A stretch of 63,377 nucleotides of DNA, the filler included, from Trichomonas gallinae (Eukaryota), in assembly GCA_008369845.1 (NCBI GenBank). It is 5 parts of 5 records of this genome, joined end to end, with 100 filler letters (N's around TTAATTAATTAA, not from the genome) between each part and the next. Parts side by side here need not be neighbours in the genome. Positions count along the whole stretch, not along the records: positions 19,718 to 31,821 come from MRSU01000316.1; positions 31,922 to 49,459 come from MRSU01000317.1; 3 more parts are not named here. One strand, written 5' to 3'. The number at the start of each line of letters is the position of its first letter. The stretch's first letter is position 1. The position numbers were made by a program, and so were the translations under genes. Below are positions 23,385 to 34,541 of this stretch, in pieces. The notes under the pieces are model-generated. The model ran no database searches, had not been told where the DNA came from, and was given only the letters and a program-made list of their open reading frames with translations.

Positions 23385-23720
23385 ATGTGCAAAGAAGCCG
23401 ATGACCAACCAAAGCAGCAGAAGAAGCCAGAAGTAAAGAAGGAGGAACCAAAGAAGGAAGAACCAAAGCATGAGGAACCAAAGAAGGAGGAGAAGCCAAA
23501 GGAGGAACCAAAGCCAGTTGCTCAGGCTCCACCACCACCAGTTCCAGAACAGCCACCAGTTGCTCCAGCTGTTCCACCAACACCACCACCACCAGCAGCT
23601 GCTGAAAACTCAGATTCTGAGCCATCTACTACATATTCATCATCTACAACTACAACAACAACATCCACATCAGGATCAAAGACTGCTACATCATCCTCAT
23701 ACTACACCAGCTCAAATTGA
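23385..23720 (+). CDS. Small low-complexity protein (KEEP repeats, Pro-rich, Ser/Thr tail)
   Basis: 111 aa; strong CCA/AAG/GAG codon preference and a GC step relative to the flanks. Confidence 0.7.
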   Translation: MCKEADDQPKQQKKPEVKKEEPKKEEPKHEEPKKEEKPKEEPKPVAQAPPPPVPEQPPVAPAVPPTPPPPAAAENSDSEPSTTYSSSTTTTTTSTSGSKTATSSSYYTSSN

Positions 23721-24345
23721 AATTAATTAAGTTAAAATTATATTATATAAGGTTTTATAAATGTCCATTTATTAACTTCATAACTCCTACCTTTTTATCT
23801 TTCTATTTATCATTCTAAAAAGAATCTACACAGTAAAACCGAAATTTCAATTTTTCAATTTTTACGTTAACACCTGAATCCACTTTTCAAACGCTTCAAC
23901 ATAAGCTGGATAAGGGTAATAAGGCATTTAAAATGTTTAAATCAGTAATTCGATTAAACGTTAGAATTCAAATGCAGTCTTCTATCTTATTTCACCATTT
24001 ATTCACCTTAGTTTGCCTATAATGGAGGTATTCTCAGGAAATGAAATGTCACTCACATATCAAAAAACATGATGTGAAATTGAAACCCGTCGGATTTGAT
24101 CATTTATCTTATTCACCATTTGAACACAATGTTACAGCCTTAATATTGATTAATTGCCGATATAACTTGCTGAAATCAACAAAAAAAATCTGGGTTTCAA
24201 TTTATTGGACAATTTGACCCTGGGTTTTTAATATATTATAATATGCGATCTAGAGGAATGCAAATGCACAGAATAATTCGTCTATTTAATATTTTACAAA
24301 AAGGTTGATTACAATATTTTAAAAAATTTATTCTCTTACAATATA

Positions 24346-26148
24346 TTAGTATTTCTTGGAGAGTACATCAAGCATTTCTTTTGATGTTGCGAAGTCTGCT
24401 GGAGTTCTTCCGATCATATCTTTGCAGTCGGCGGAAAACTTCTTACTTTTCAGTAATTCTTCGACAACTTCAATGTGATTGCCCTGTGCAGCAATATGAA
24501 GCGCGTTTGTTCCGAATTCTCCTGTAACTTTCAAATCAACATTATCAGCAGTCATTAAAACATGGATAACATCAGCTCTTCCGTTCATAGCTGCAATGAG
24601 AAGCGGTGTCAAGCCCTCTTTGTCCTTGACATTCGGATCAAAACCTGACTTTATCAAAAAATCTACAATTGCAGCATGTCCGCCAAGCGCAGCATCCGAT
24701 AAAGCGGACCTTCCGAGGTTGTCCGGCTCATTTGCATCAGCGCCCATATCAATAAGAATCTGTACAACATCATATTGGCCGCATAAAGCTGCCAGATGCA
24801 AAGGCTTACGTCCGAAGTAGTCACTGCCCATGCTCAGCTTGCTGCTCTCTTCTTCCTCGTTCTCATCATCGCTCAGCTGGAACTCGTCCTTCTGTTGGAA
24901 GGAAAGAAGAACTTGTAATAGATATGAGTGACCATTTTCGGCCGCGACATGCTCAGGCAATGTGTTGTTATCTGACCTGCAGTCCATTTGCGCACCTGAA
25001 TTCTTGTAGTTGATGACTGCTTCGAGGTTATTGTTCTTGACTGCAGCAAATAGACACTCTGCGCTGTCTGAGTCCTCGTAGACAAGCATCCTGTTCGCTC
25101 TGAAGGCGGCTGAATACTTAGCAACAGCTCCGATGGCCAAATTCATCTGCTCGAACCTCATCGCTAATGTTGGGCAGCTTATATATGAGTAAGCCAATGC
25201 GATACTCTGCTCGTATTCTGGGCTCTCCTTGCCGTCGTAGACAGCTTCTATCCTGCCGTCGTAAAAGTTGCCGCTCTCTATTGCTTCGGACTTTAAAATG
25301 TCTGGATTCTTCGAAATTATATAATCTGCAATTTTTATCGCACTGAAGAGTGTTGCGTATTGTAGTGGAACCATGACGTACTGGGAGATCGCGCACTGCT
25401 CGAAAGCGCTCTTAGGGATTCTTGCATTGACATTTGGACAGATTTTCTTGAATTGCTCAAGATCATCGTGTCTTATGACGTATTGCACGCTATCACTTGT
25501 ACCAGCGAATTCAATGGATTCCAACAAGCCTTTCCAGTTGTCTTTTCTAAGGTTTTCGAATTGTTTGTACATTTGGAATGTTTGCGGCGATCTACACTTA
25601 GTGTAAAGCACATGGAAGTATTCCATCATGCCACTGAAGAGTTCTTTGTCTGTTGCTTCGATTTCTGGCGCAAAATATGTGAAAAATACGAAAACTTCTT
25701 CTGGGAAGTTAGAGTAGTTGCGTTTGAAGTTTGTTATGCATGTTATAATCGTTTGTATTGTTGTAAATCCGAGATTGAAACATTCGCGTAAGAAAGAAAC
25801 TTTAGTAATCATGTTTTCGATCCTTCTGAAGTCGACTTCTGCCTTGAAAACAGCAGCTAACAGCATTTCTTCGAATCCTTCACTCGATTTTAGAGACATA
25901 CAGAATTTTGCAAGTAATTTCAAGTTCCACGGCCTAACCGAGTATGCGCTGATGATTTCATCGATGATTAGTTGGTGAAAATCAGAGTTATTCGCTAATG
26001 GCGTGTTATTGAAGAATTGTAATACTTGTTCATAAGTTTGTTCTGAGATTGTTGTTAGTTGTTTCTGGAACATGATCATCATAGATAACTCGTCGAACTG
26101 TTCTTCATATGGTTCGTCGTCAAGTTCTTGAATTGCTTCTAACTCCAT
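24346..26148 (-). CDS. Ankyrin-repeat protein with helical N-terminus
   Basis: GRKPLHLAALCG, GLTPLLIAAMNG, GTNALHIAAQGN; same architecture as 9110-11131. Confidence 0.9.
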   Translation of the reverse strand: MELEAIQELDDEPYEEQFDELSMMIMFQKQLTTISEQTYEQVLQFFNNTPLANNSDFHQLIIDEIISAYSVRPWNLKLLAKFCMSLKSSEGFEEMLLAAVFKAEVDFRRIENMITKVSFLRECFNLGFTTIQTIITCITNFKRNYSNFPEEVFVFFTYFAPEIEATDKELFSGMMEYFHVLYTKCRSPQTFQMYKQFENLRKDNWKGLLESIEFAGTSDSVQYVIRHDDLEQFKKICPNVNARIPKSAFEQCAISQYVMVPLQYATLFSAIKIADYIISKNPDILKSEAIESGNFYDGRIEAVYDGKESPEYEQSIALAYSYISCPTLAMRFEQMNLAIGAVAKYSAAFRANRMLVYEDSDSAECLFAAVKNNNLEAVINYKNSGAQMDCRSDNNTLPEHVAAENGHSYLLQVLLSFQQKDEFQLSDDENEEEESSKLSMGSDYFGRKPLHLAALCGQYDVVQILIDMGADANEPDNLGRSALSDAALGGHAAIVDFLIKSGFDPNVKDKEGLTPLLIAAMNGRADVIHVLMTADNVDLKVTGEFGTNALHIAAQGNHIEVVEELLKSKKFSADCKDMIGRTPADFATSKEMLDVLSKKY

Positions 26149-26599
26149 CTTTACAAAGAAAAATTATAATAAAAACACTCAACACAATGGATTACTTTCA
26201 GTGATATTATATTGTTTTTACTGACTTCATCTCACAAACTTTCATTTTTCAAAAATATATTTTTTGATTTTCAAATCAGATCAGAATTCATTCATTCTAC
26301 ACTTAAACAATTTTGATCTATATTTCAAATTTTGATTCCCAAACTTTATACAACAAAAAATATTATGAAATTTCAAAATCTCTAAATATTGACATCAAAC
26401 TAATATCTTTAGGGTAATTTATCCAAATAAAATCAAATTTAATCAACAAAACTATATATAATCGAATGATTTGTTGAAATTTAAATTGAATTTGAATATA
26501 AAGAAGTGATAGAGGTTCATATAATGAAGATTTAAAAATAATAAACAGATTTTGTCTAATATCAAGAACTGCAAATTGCTAAATTCAAACAGATAAATT

Positions 26600-28345
26600 T
26601 CAAAATTGATCAGAATCTTCTGACTTCATGGAAACCTCATCAACGTTTGATAAATCGAATGTTGACTCGTTCTCATCGACGTAAATCAAAATCGGCTGCC
26701 CTTCTCCGAAAGAAGAAACCGCAATCATGTTCATCTTCGGATTCCACGACAAACTAGTGACTGGCTTGCTGAATTTGTTTGACCACTGCACGGTATTCGA
26801 AGACTTAGGCGCCTTGACTGTCCAAATCAGTATATTGCCTTCCTCTGAGCCGGAAATGATGAATTGTCCGTCTGGTGAGAAAGTTGATCGTATGAGATAT
26901 CTTCTGCATTTTGCTCCAATGTATCTTGTTGTCGTCGTCATTGCTTTCGTGTCGAACACCCTTATGACGTCATCGTGCGTGTGTACGAGTAGTGTGAAAT
27001 TGGATCTGACCATCTCCATGTGAGATATTGGCGTGTTTCCGATTTCGTCATCGAGCAAAAATTTCTTGTTCGAAAATTGTAGGTCTCCGTTTTCTATAAC
27101 TGTCCTCCACACTGATATAATACCTGAGGAGTCTCCGCAGTACAGCCTCCTTCCATTGGGAGAGAATGTCATCGTGTTTATTCTAGTTTTGTGGCCAATA
27201 AATTGCTTGAAACATTTCTTTTGGTTGTAATCCCATACATAGATGATTCCATCGAATCCGGCTGTGAATATGTAGTTGTTGCTGAGAGGATGGAACTTGC
27301 CTGTGTAGACGAACTTGGAATGCGGCATGATTAAAGGCTTCTTTTGACCTTCGAAGTTCCAGACTTTAGCTGAGCAGTCAGCTGACACGGACAATAAAAG
27401 AGAATCGTCGTTTGAAAACTGTAATTCATAGATCGTTTCGATATGTGCTGGAAAAGACTCAATTAATTTGAATGTCGATGTGCTGATGAAATCTATGTAA
27501 TATTGGTGGTCTTTATGAACAGCAGCAGCCAAAACTGTGCCAGCATGGTTGAATGTTAGGTACATTGCGCCATGATCTCCTGGATATAATTGAGTTTTAA
27601 GATATTTAGGTAATGAGCACTGTGTGGCTATTTCATTCTCAATGTCACTGTGATCTAAGGCTATTGACAAAGAATCTTCTTCTTCTACCTTGATTAATTC
27701 ATTTAATTCGATATCTCCGATTTCTTTTTCGAAAATCGTTGATGGGCGTTTTGTAATCGATGAGAATTCTTTTGCTGGTGTTGATTTTACGCAAACACTT
27801 AAAATGCAATCGATTGGAATTCTTTTTTCTATTAAATCGCATAAATCAACCATATATGAATGATTTTTGATTTTGTATCCCTTAGGATACTCGTATAGTT
27901 GTATATTTCTTGGTATTTCAGCATTAACGATTTTGCCGTCGAGATTACGAAGTTTTAAGAATCCCCAGGCTAAAGGACAGAACTGGTTGCATCCCTTGTA
28001 GATTGTATAATCGATAATTTCGAATACAAACATGAAGTTTGGCTTAGAAATATGTGAATAAAGTTCGTTATATAGAAAAGATTCATTCCATTTGAAGATT
28101 GGAGATGATAAATTTGCTGAATTGATATACTTTGTTACAACTGGTGCTATGTATTGGCAGTTTGGAGCTTCATTGATTGAGATAACTTTTCTATTTTGGT
28201 CAGACTTCGTCGCAAGAGTACCTGTTGTCGTGTTCACGATAGACACCCTGCAGGCAACGTTCCTCATCGAACTTCTACAGTTCAATTCGGATGACCCATA
28301 AATAGAAATCGAAAATATATCATCACTCATTGATTTTTTATTCAT
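26600..28345 (-). CDS. AHI1/jouberin-like protein (C2-like domain + WD40)
   Basis: N-terminal WNESFLYNE...FEIIDY...LAWGFLKL...IQLYEYP resembles the AHI1 C2 domain, followed by about 7 WD40 repeats (HIETIYELQFS, HSKFVYTGKFHP, GHKTRINTMTFS). Confidence 0.75.
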   Translation of the reverse strand: MNKKSMSDDIFSISIYGSSELNCRSSMRNVACRVSIVNTTTGTLATKSDQNRKVISINEAPNCQYIAPVVTKYINSANLSSPIFKWNESFLYNELYSHISKPNFMFVFEIIDYTIYKGCNQFCPLAWGFLKLRNLDGKIVNAEIPRNIQLYEYPKGYKIKNHSYMVDLCDLIEKRIPIDCILSVCVKSTPAKEFSSITKRPSTIFEKEIGDIELNELIKVEEEDSLSIALDHSDIENEIATQCSLPKYLKTQLYPGDHGAMYLTFNHAGTVLAAAVHKDHQYYIDFISTSTFKLIESFPAHIETIYELQFSNDDSLLLSVSADCSAKVWNFEGQKKPLIMPHSKFVYTGKFHPLSNNYIFTAGFDGIIYVWDYNQKKCFKQFIGHKTRINTMTFSPNGRRLYCGDSSGIISVWRTVIENGDLQFSNKKFLLDDEIGNTPISHMEMVRSNFTLLVHTHDDVIRVFDTKAMTTTTRYIGAKCRRYLIRSTFSPDGQFIISGSEEGNILIWTVKAPKSSNTVQWSNKFSKPVTSLSWNPKMNMIAVSSFGEGQPILIYVDENESTFDLSNVDEVSMKSEDSDQF

Positions 28346-28627
28346 AAACAGACTTGATTTTTATTTATTAAACAAACATATATATTTTATGATAAATTTC
28401 ACTTTTTGTAATATAACTACCTCAAAATATTTCATATTTTTTTATCAATTTTATAATTTCATGCATTTCTAACCAAATATCAAAATATTTTCTCATCTCC
28501 CCATAGATATCTAATATTCAATGGTTCATTAAACAATTTCAAAAAAAATATTTTATCAAAAAAATATAAACCTTAAGTAATAAAAATAAACAAATATTTA
28601 CTCTATACACACATTAAGCAAAAGAAA

Positions 28628-29590
28628 TTACTCATCCACACAGTCAGAAAGTTCATCAATTAAACAATTTTGAAATTCGTCATCAATTGGATAAATTGAG
28701 TTGTCAATTGCTTGCTTTAGTACTGGTTTCGGCAGGCAAGGACCGCAAATTAGCATAGCAATTGATAATACAAATAAAATTGGTGAAACAAAGAAAATAA
28801 GGACCTGGACAACTATGGAGAATAAAGATGAGTTCGTAATGAAGTCAAAGTCATAATAAGGCCTGTAACATTTTAATTTTGGATCTTCACCAATCAGTGG
28901 ATATGTTTTTTCGACTCCTTTTACTGATGAAATCGGAATTATGTGGCTGAACTGGCAGTCGCTGTAAATAGTCTCTTTTCCATCGATAATTCGCTTATAA
29001 AAGAATCCAGTTGAACTTGATGAATTGAAATGTATATAAAAGTCACCTTTAGGCTGCTGAATGCAGTCATCTGATTGGCAAACTGTATTTGAAACCGAAA
29101 TATTATTCTCGTATCTTATATCACCTTTTCCATTAATAAAACCATACTCAATATGTCTTTGTTTAACTATGGATGGAGTAAATAAGCACAAATCAAGCCG
29201 TTGCTCTAAAGAATTAACAATTAAATCAATTGCAACGTTATTTGACACTACGTAGGATGATGTGTAGCACTTTGATTGTGGAACTGTCCAAATTTGTACG
29301 TGAATTGTAATTGATGGCTTTGTAATTTCGATATAAAGATTTTCTTTTGTTACTATGCCATATGTTTTCTTTGGTAATTTATCGACTGTATATGTATTTG
29401 TTCCACTTTTGACTGTTATTTTTGCATTATCTCTAATATCTTCGGAAAAAATTACAAATATCATTGTATCTTCTTTATTTATTGCGCTGATCGTATCGCC
29501 AGTATTTAGAACAGTCGATTTGTATCTATCTCCAAATACAGAAATTTCTTTGGAAAAAGAAAAACTTAAAAGAAAACAGAACAAAATCAT
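28628..29590 (-). CDS. Type I membrane / surface protein, function unknown
   Basis: Signal-like MILFCFLLSFSFS, Cys-containing ectodomain, C-terminal TM and short acidic tail. Confidence 0.8.
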   Translation of the reverse strand: MILFCFLLSFSFSKEISVFGDRYKSTVLNTGDTISAINKEDTMIFVIFSEDIRDNAKITVKSGTNTYTVDKLPKKTYGIVTKENLYIEITKPSITIHVQIWTVPQSKCYTSSYVVSNNVAIDLIVNSLEQRLDLCLFTPSIVKQRHIEYGFINGKGDIRYENNISVSNTVCQSDDCIQQPKGDFYIHFNSSSSTGFFYKRIIDGKETIYSDCQFSHIIPISSVKGVEKTYPLIGEDPKLKCYRPYYDFDFITNSSLFSIVVQVLIFFVSPILFVLSIAMLICGPCLPKPVLKQAIDNSIYPIDDEFQNCLIDELSDCVDE

Positions 29591-30679
29591 TTCTGATTTT
29601 TTTAAGATATGATTTTTGCCAATAAATTAATATTACATGTCAGATTGAGTCTTCGAAATTAAGGAAATGCTACAAGCCCTGATGGATGGGAATTAGTCTA
29701 TAACATCCGCGTTAAATCTTGAGATTTAAATTTGTAGATTATCTCAACCTTATATAACTGTTTTTGGTTTGCATTTTGATGATATTTCAAATGCTTTTGC
29801 TATATGAGCTATAAAATATCAATTATCTAATATTACGACTCGAAGAAATTTATTCCAATATGTGTGAAATATGCGTTTTTCGTTTCTATTATCGTAATAG
29901 ATACTCTTATCCTATAATTATGAAAGAAATCATTTCCGACTCAGATAATTGTTGAAAAATAAAAATCAATATTTTCAGAATTGAACATTAACAAACAAAT
30001 ATATCTATTTATAAGATCATGATTTCCATATTAAAAACTCAGAAATTCAAGAAAAATAAAAAATTAATTAAATATGGAAATTTTCGTGGTTTTTGGTCAT
30101 TTTTACAAGTACATTGCGAACAATGATATAACATTCGATTTAGGAAAAAACAACAAAAAGATTAAATGGAAAACGTTGAACTTTTTTTTCCACCAAAAAA
30201 AAAATTTAAAAAAACACAATTATATTTATATGAAGATTTAGTTCGTTTTTGTCTTAATTTGTATATATATAGAAAAACCTGATAACAAATTAATTCCATT
30301 ATTATGGGTTATATCATTAGCTTGCAAATTAAAAAAATTATCTTCGTTATGTTCTGAAAAATTTCATCTTTTTTTTTAACAAAAAGATTCAAACTTGAAA
30401 TTTTTTGATAATAGCCATTAAGTAACATATATTATATTCTGGATCATTATCGATTGTAAAATTCTGTGCATTCAAAATTCAATATCCCCTGTAAAATTTC
30501 AAGAAAGATTTATCAGCGACATTATTACTTTATGTTTTCAATTATTATTGACTATTAATAAAAACTTGGATGTATTCAAATTCTGACACTGAAATTAGTC
30601 GTAATAAAAATTATAATGGTTGAATATCATATACAATCGATACGATTATATTAATATTTTTCAAATATTAAAATCAATC

Positions 30680-31801
30680 ATGTTGCCAGCCTTATTCTGC
30701 TTATCTACGTCAAAGCTTAGAGAAAAGAGATCCATCAATGGAAACGTAGGTGGATGGTTACCTGGCTTTTTCCAAATCGGAAAACTTACCAAAGTTATCT
30801 ATAAATGGAGACATTGGGATCTTTTAGACATGGAGTATGTCAAAGATGAGATTATTAGCAGATGTAATAGCACATTTTTTGTCAAGCCTCGATATAATAT
30901 TACTCACGGTTCAATTTCATGTTTTGAAATAGCTAACATTACAGAAAATAATCCACATGCCTACTTTAACAATATCAGTAAAGTGTCGAAGTGCGCAATG
31001 AACTCAATTAATGACAGTGTGAACGATTTTAAATATTCATTCAGTGATAATTTTATGAATGATTTTATAAAAAAATTCGGCAATTATGATAAAAATAAAG
31101 CAGAAACTGACTCTAGTTATGTTGCACGATATTGGATAGGCTCTATATTAATGTTAATTCTCCTGGTCTGTTTAGTGATCGCTATCTCTGCGCTTGCATG
31201 CGTTTTCACATTTACGACATGCTGCTTCTGTTTCCATGGAAAGAACGCCGATTTCCCAGGAATCACGGGATCAGTTTTCTTTTGGATTGCATTTTCCTTA
31301 TTCCTAATTGGTGCCTTTATCAGAATATCATCAGTAACAGGCGTGGCTGAAATTGTAGGTCCAATTACAGATTTAGAAAATAAAATCAATACATCGCTTA
31401 CAAGTCTGTCTAAATTCTTATCTGGAAAAGCTACAAAGTTGAAGGTAGCACTTACTAATATCCCCAAAATACGCAGACTTATGGATCTTTTAAACGAAAT
31501 TGTTGAAAATCTTACAACTCATATCAACGAAATCGTTACCAATGTCAACAATACACTTGCATACACGGAATACAGAAATGGAACTACATTGTTCGACAGA
31601 TTTGACCAAATTGAGAAAGATATCGATAAATTTAATGCCAAGATCGATGAAATTAAACAACAGAAGCCGCAAGCTGATATTAAGAAGATTGATAAACCTG
31701 ATTTTGGAAACATCACTGACCAAATTAATGACGTTTTGGAAAAATTTAAGGGTCCGCTCCGGCCAAATAGCGGTCTATCGTCGTGTTTTTATTTTTCATG
31801 A
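30680..31801 (+). CDS. Multi-pass membrane protein (prominin-like topology), apparently truncated by an insertion at about 31750
   Basis: ATG 30680 (MLPALFCLS); TM + CCFC cluster + TM + long amphipathic helical region; last about 16 codons look foreign. Confidence 0.7.
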   Translation: MLPALFCLSTSKLREKRSINGNVGGWLPGFFQIGKLTKVIYKWRHWDLLDMEYVKDEIISRCNSTFFVKPRYNITHGSISCFEIANITENNPHAYFNNISKVSKCAMNSINDSVNDFKYSFSDNFMNDFIKKFGNYDKNKAETDSSYVARYWIGSILMLILLVCLVIAISALACVFTFTTCCFCFHGKNADFPGITGSVFFWIAFSLFLIGAFIRISSVTGVAEIVGPITDLENKINTSLTSLSKFLSGKATKLKVALTNIPKIRRLMDLLNEIVENLTTHINEIVTNVNNTLAYTEYRNGTTLFDRFDQIEKDIDKFNAKIDEIKQQKPQADIKKIDKPDFGNITDQINDVLEKFKGPLRPNSGLSSCFYFS

Positions 31802-31821
31802 TTTTAACCTATTTTGGTTCA
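31750..31821. mobile_element. Candidate DNA-transposon terminus (Kolobok-like: TTAA followed by GG)
   Basis: Abrupt GC-rich GGGTCCGCTCCGGCC immediately after TTAA (31746-31749), then the contig ends. Confidence 0.45.
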
Positions 31822-31921
31822 NNNNNNNNNNNNNNNNNNNNNNNNNNNNNNNNNNNNNNNNNNNNTTAATTAATTAANNNNNNNNNNNNNNNNNNNNNNN
31901 NNNNNNNNNNNNNNNNNNNNN
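31822..31921. other. Artificial assembly linker
   Basis: N44-TTAATTAATTAA-N44. Confidence 0.97.
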
Positions 31922-32138
31922 ATCTTTAAGGTGTCTATATAATACCTGCAAAGTTTAGGGCAATTTCCTAGATCCCTTCGAAGTTTCCATACCTTTATTA
32001 TCATAATATATTAATAAAAACATCTAATTTAATATTATTAAACAATGAGAATGCTATAAAAAGAATCTAGCTACTAGAATATTAATGATGAGATATATAT
32101 TTTATTAAAATAAACTAACAAATTTTTTGGTTAAATAA

Positions 32139-32813
32139 TTATTCAGAAGAGTTTTCAATTAAGGGATGTGTTCTATTATTATCACTGCAGAGTGGGACAA
32201 TTTCTTCTTTCTTTCCAATAATACCAGGCTTTGTCTTGAAAAGTAATGCAAAAGCAGAAATACCAATCGTAACTCCTAAACAGATTCCAAAGAAGGCAAA
32301 TGGTCCGATATCAGTTGATAAACCAATAACAGCTGGATCACCAAAATTATTTTCTTCGAAAGCGAGTGAAACTTCATCACCAGTCTTCGCATTTGTAGCA
32401 TCACAAACAACATGCTGGTAAGTATACGATATAGCTTTTGTTATTGTATCTCCGATCTTGCAATAAACTTTTTCAACTTTGAAACTAATACTTACACCTG
32501 TGTAAGTTACGCTTGCGATCTGTGTATTGTTCTCGAATTTAATTAGTTCGACTTTGTATGAATAAGGCTGCGGAACTCTGCACATATGCACGCCATCTCC
32601 TTCGTAACCTGGGGGACAGTGGCAGAATCCTGGCCATGAGCAAGTAGCAAGCTCATGACATTTATCTTTGCAAGAAAAATTTTTCACAAGAGCGGATAAT
32701 TCGGAATAGTCTGGTACATCTGGTACTTTTTCAAGAGAGAAATTTTCGAAACGAGGCAACTTCGTTAAATTTTGGGTGTTCTTTTCAATAATAGCTAAAA
32801 AAGTAACAATCAT
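32139..32813 (-). CDS. EGF-like domain single-pass membrane protein
   Basis: CKDKCHELATCSWPGFCHCPPGYEGDGVHMC EGF motif, IPT/Ig-like region (VYCKIG...VVC) and a C-terminal TM. Confidence 0.85.
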   Translation of the reverse strand: MIVTFLAIIEKNTQNLTKLPRFENFSLEKVPDVPDYSELSALVKNFSCKDKCHELATCSWPGFCHCPPGYEGDGVHMCRVPQPYSYKVELIKFENNTQIASVTYTGVSISFKVEKVYCKIGDTITKAISYTYQHVVCDATNAKTGDEVSLAFEENNFGDPAVIGLSTDIGPFAFFGICLGVTIGISAFALLFKTKPGIIGKKEEIVPLCSDNNRTHPLIENSSE

Positions 32814-33354
32814 TGGATATGAAAATCAAAAATAATCGGTTTGTCGACAAATATTTTACAAAATATTTACATGGCAAAAATCTGATTTAAGGTTAATATA
32901 ACAATTTTTTACATGACAAAAATTTAAATATGAGGCATATGATTATTTTCAATTCAAATTTCAATTTAAAGTGAAAATAATGATAAGCCTGATAATGATA
33001 GTTTTCACGCATTTTTACGGGCCGGTGTCACGTCCGTAAAAGTCCGAAAAGTACTAATTTTGAATCAAAAGTCGTATCAAAATCACACAAATATTAACAA
33101 ATTACAAAGGAAGATTTTATCACTAAATATATTAATTTTAGTCAGAAAAGTTGATAAATTGCGATAAATTTTGAAAATTTAATAATAAAATCTGTATATT
33201 TATATGAGAATTTTTGATATTTGCTAGAAAATACTAAATATTTCCAACTGTTTGTTACTATTATTGTAGTGTTAAGTGAATGTAAGGAGAAAAACTGTCA
33301 ATGGCAGAATTTGCTTGAAAATGCTCTGTCACTTTTAGTGCACTTTTCCAAACA

Positions 33355-34047
33355 ATGGACTTCCTAAGGAAATTCATATCACTTTGCGGATCCACGGAGC
33401 CAATTATTGAGCACGAAGAACCAGAAATCGAGCTCGAACCACATTTGGAAGCTATCCGCGAGCAAATGGAGTTCTATTTCTCAAATTCAAATGTTGAATC
33501 CGATTCTTTCATGAAAGAAGCCATCAACAAACGCGAAGACAGATATGTCGACATCAACACATTCCTCACATTCAATCGTATGAAGAAGCTCGAAGCTACA
33601 GTCGAAGACGTTATTGAAGCTTGCAGCGCTTCACGTTACTTAGAGGTCAATAAGTCTGAGAAGATGGTTCGCTCTAAGACACCATTCGTCTCAGATCCAC
33701 GCCGCTCCTACAGAACAGTTCACATCGAAGGTTTCGATGAGACAGAAACATTAGATGACATTCAGGCACTCTTCAAACAGCAGTATCCACGCTCCGTTTG
33801 TCGTATCGAGATGCGTAAGGCCAATAGAAAGGGTGGAGAAAAATTCTTCAGCGGCCAAGTTAATGTTGAAGTTATTAACGAGGATATTGCCAAGAAGATT
33901 GTTGCAAATGGCATCTTATACAATGGAAAGCAACTCAAACCAATGTTATTCCCAGATTTCAAGGCAACATTGAACAAGAAGAAGATTGCACCAAAGAAGG
34001 AGACAACACCGAAGAAGGAAAACACACCAAAGAAGAACAAGAAATAA
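33355..34047 (+). CDS. La-motif + RRM RNA-binding protein (La/SSB-like)
   Basis: IREQMEFYFSNSN..SDSFM...TFNRMKKL La motif; RTVHIEGF and FFSGQVNVE RRM; basic tail. Confidence 0.88.
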   Translation: MDFLRKFISLCGSTEPIIEHEEPEIELEPHLEAIREQMEFYFSNSNVESDSFMKEAINKREDRYVDINTFLTFNRMKKLEATVEDVIEACSASRYLEVNKSEKMVRSKTPFVSDPRRSYRTVHIEGFDETETLDDIQALFKQQYPRSVCRIEMRKANRKGGEKFFSGQVNVEVINEDIAKKIVANGILYNGKQLKPMLFPDFKATLNKKKIAPKKETTPKKENTPKKNKK

Positions 34048-34541
34048 AATTTAGATATAATTTGTAATTTAAATTTTATCATTTTTTATCTTTAGTGAAC
34101 AATCAATTTTAACCTTTAAAGATTTGAATAAAACTTTAAAATCTACCAATTAAATCATCATCATGAAATTATTCCAAAATTATTGGAAATAGAAAACAGG
34201 CTTTGTTTTCTAGGACTTTATCATTTATTCCCATAGAAAGGAATATTTCATATAGTTTTGGCTTCTTACCAAATGTTTGATATTTCATTCAATAAATATC
34301 ATCATTATGTATATTATAACTCATAAAAACATCTTTCGACAGGTAGACATATATGTAACATATATATATTCTAAAGATTTTGACCAGAAGAAAAATTTGG
34401 TAATATTTTTGAAATTTTGTTTGCAATTTGTTATAACATTAAGAAATATCTGTTATATAGTCGACATGTGTTGCATTCATCAATGTGTGAATTCATTTTT
34501 CATAAATGTTGATTCCTTTCTGGGGTCAACATAAATGAAGA

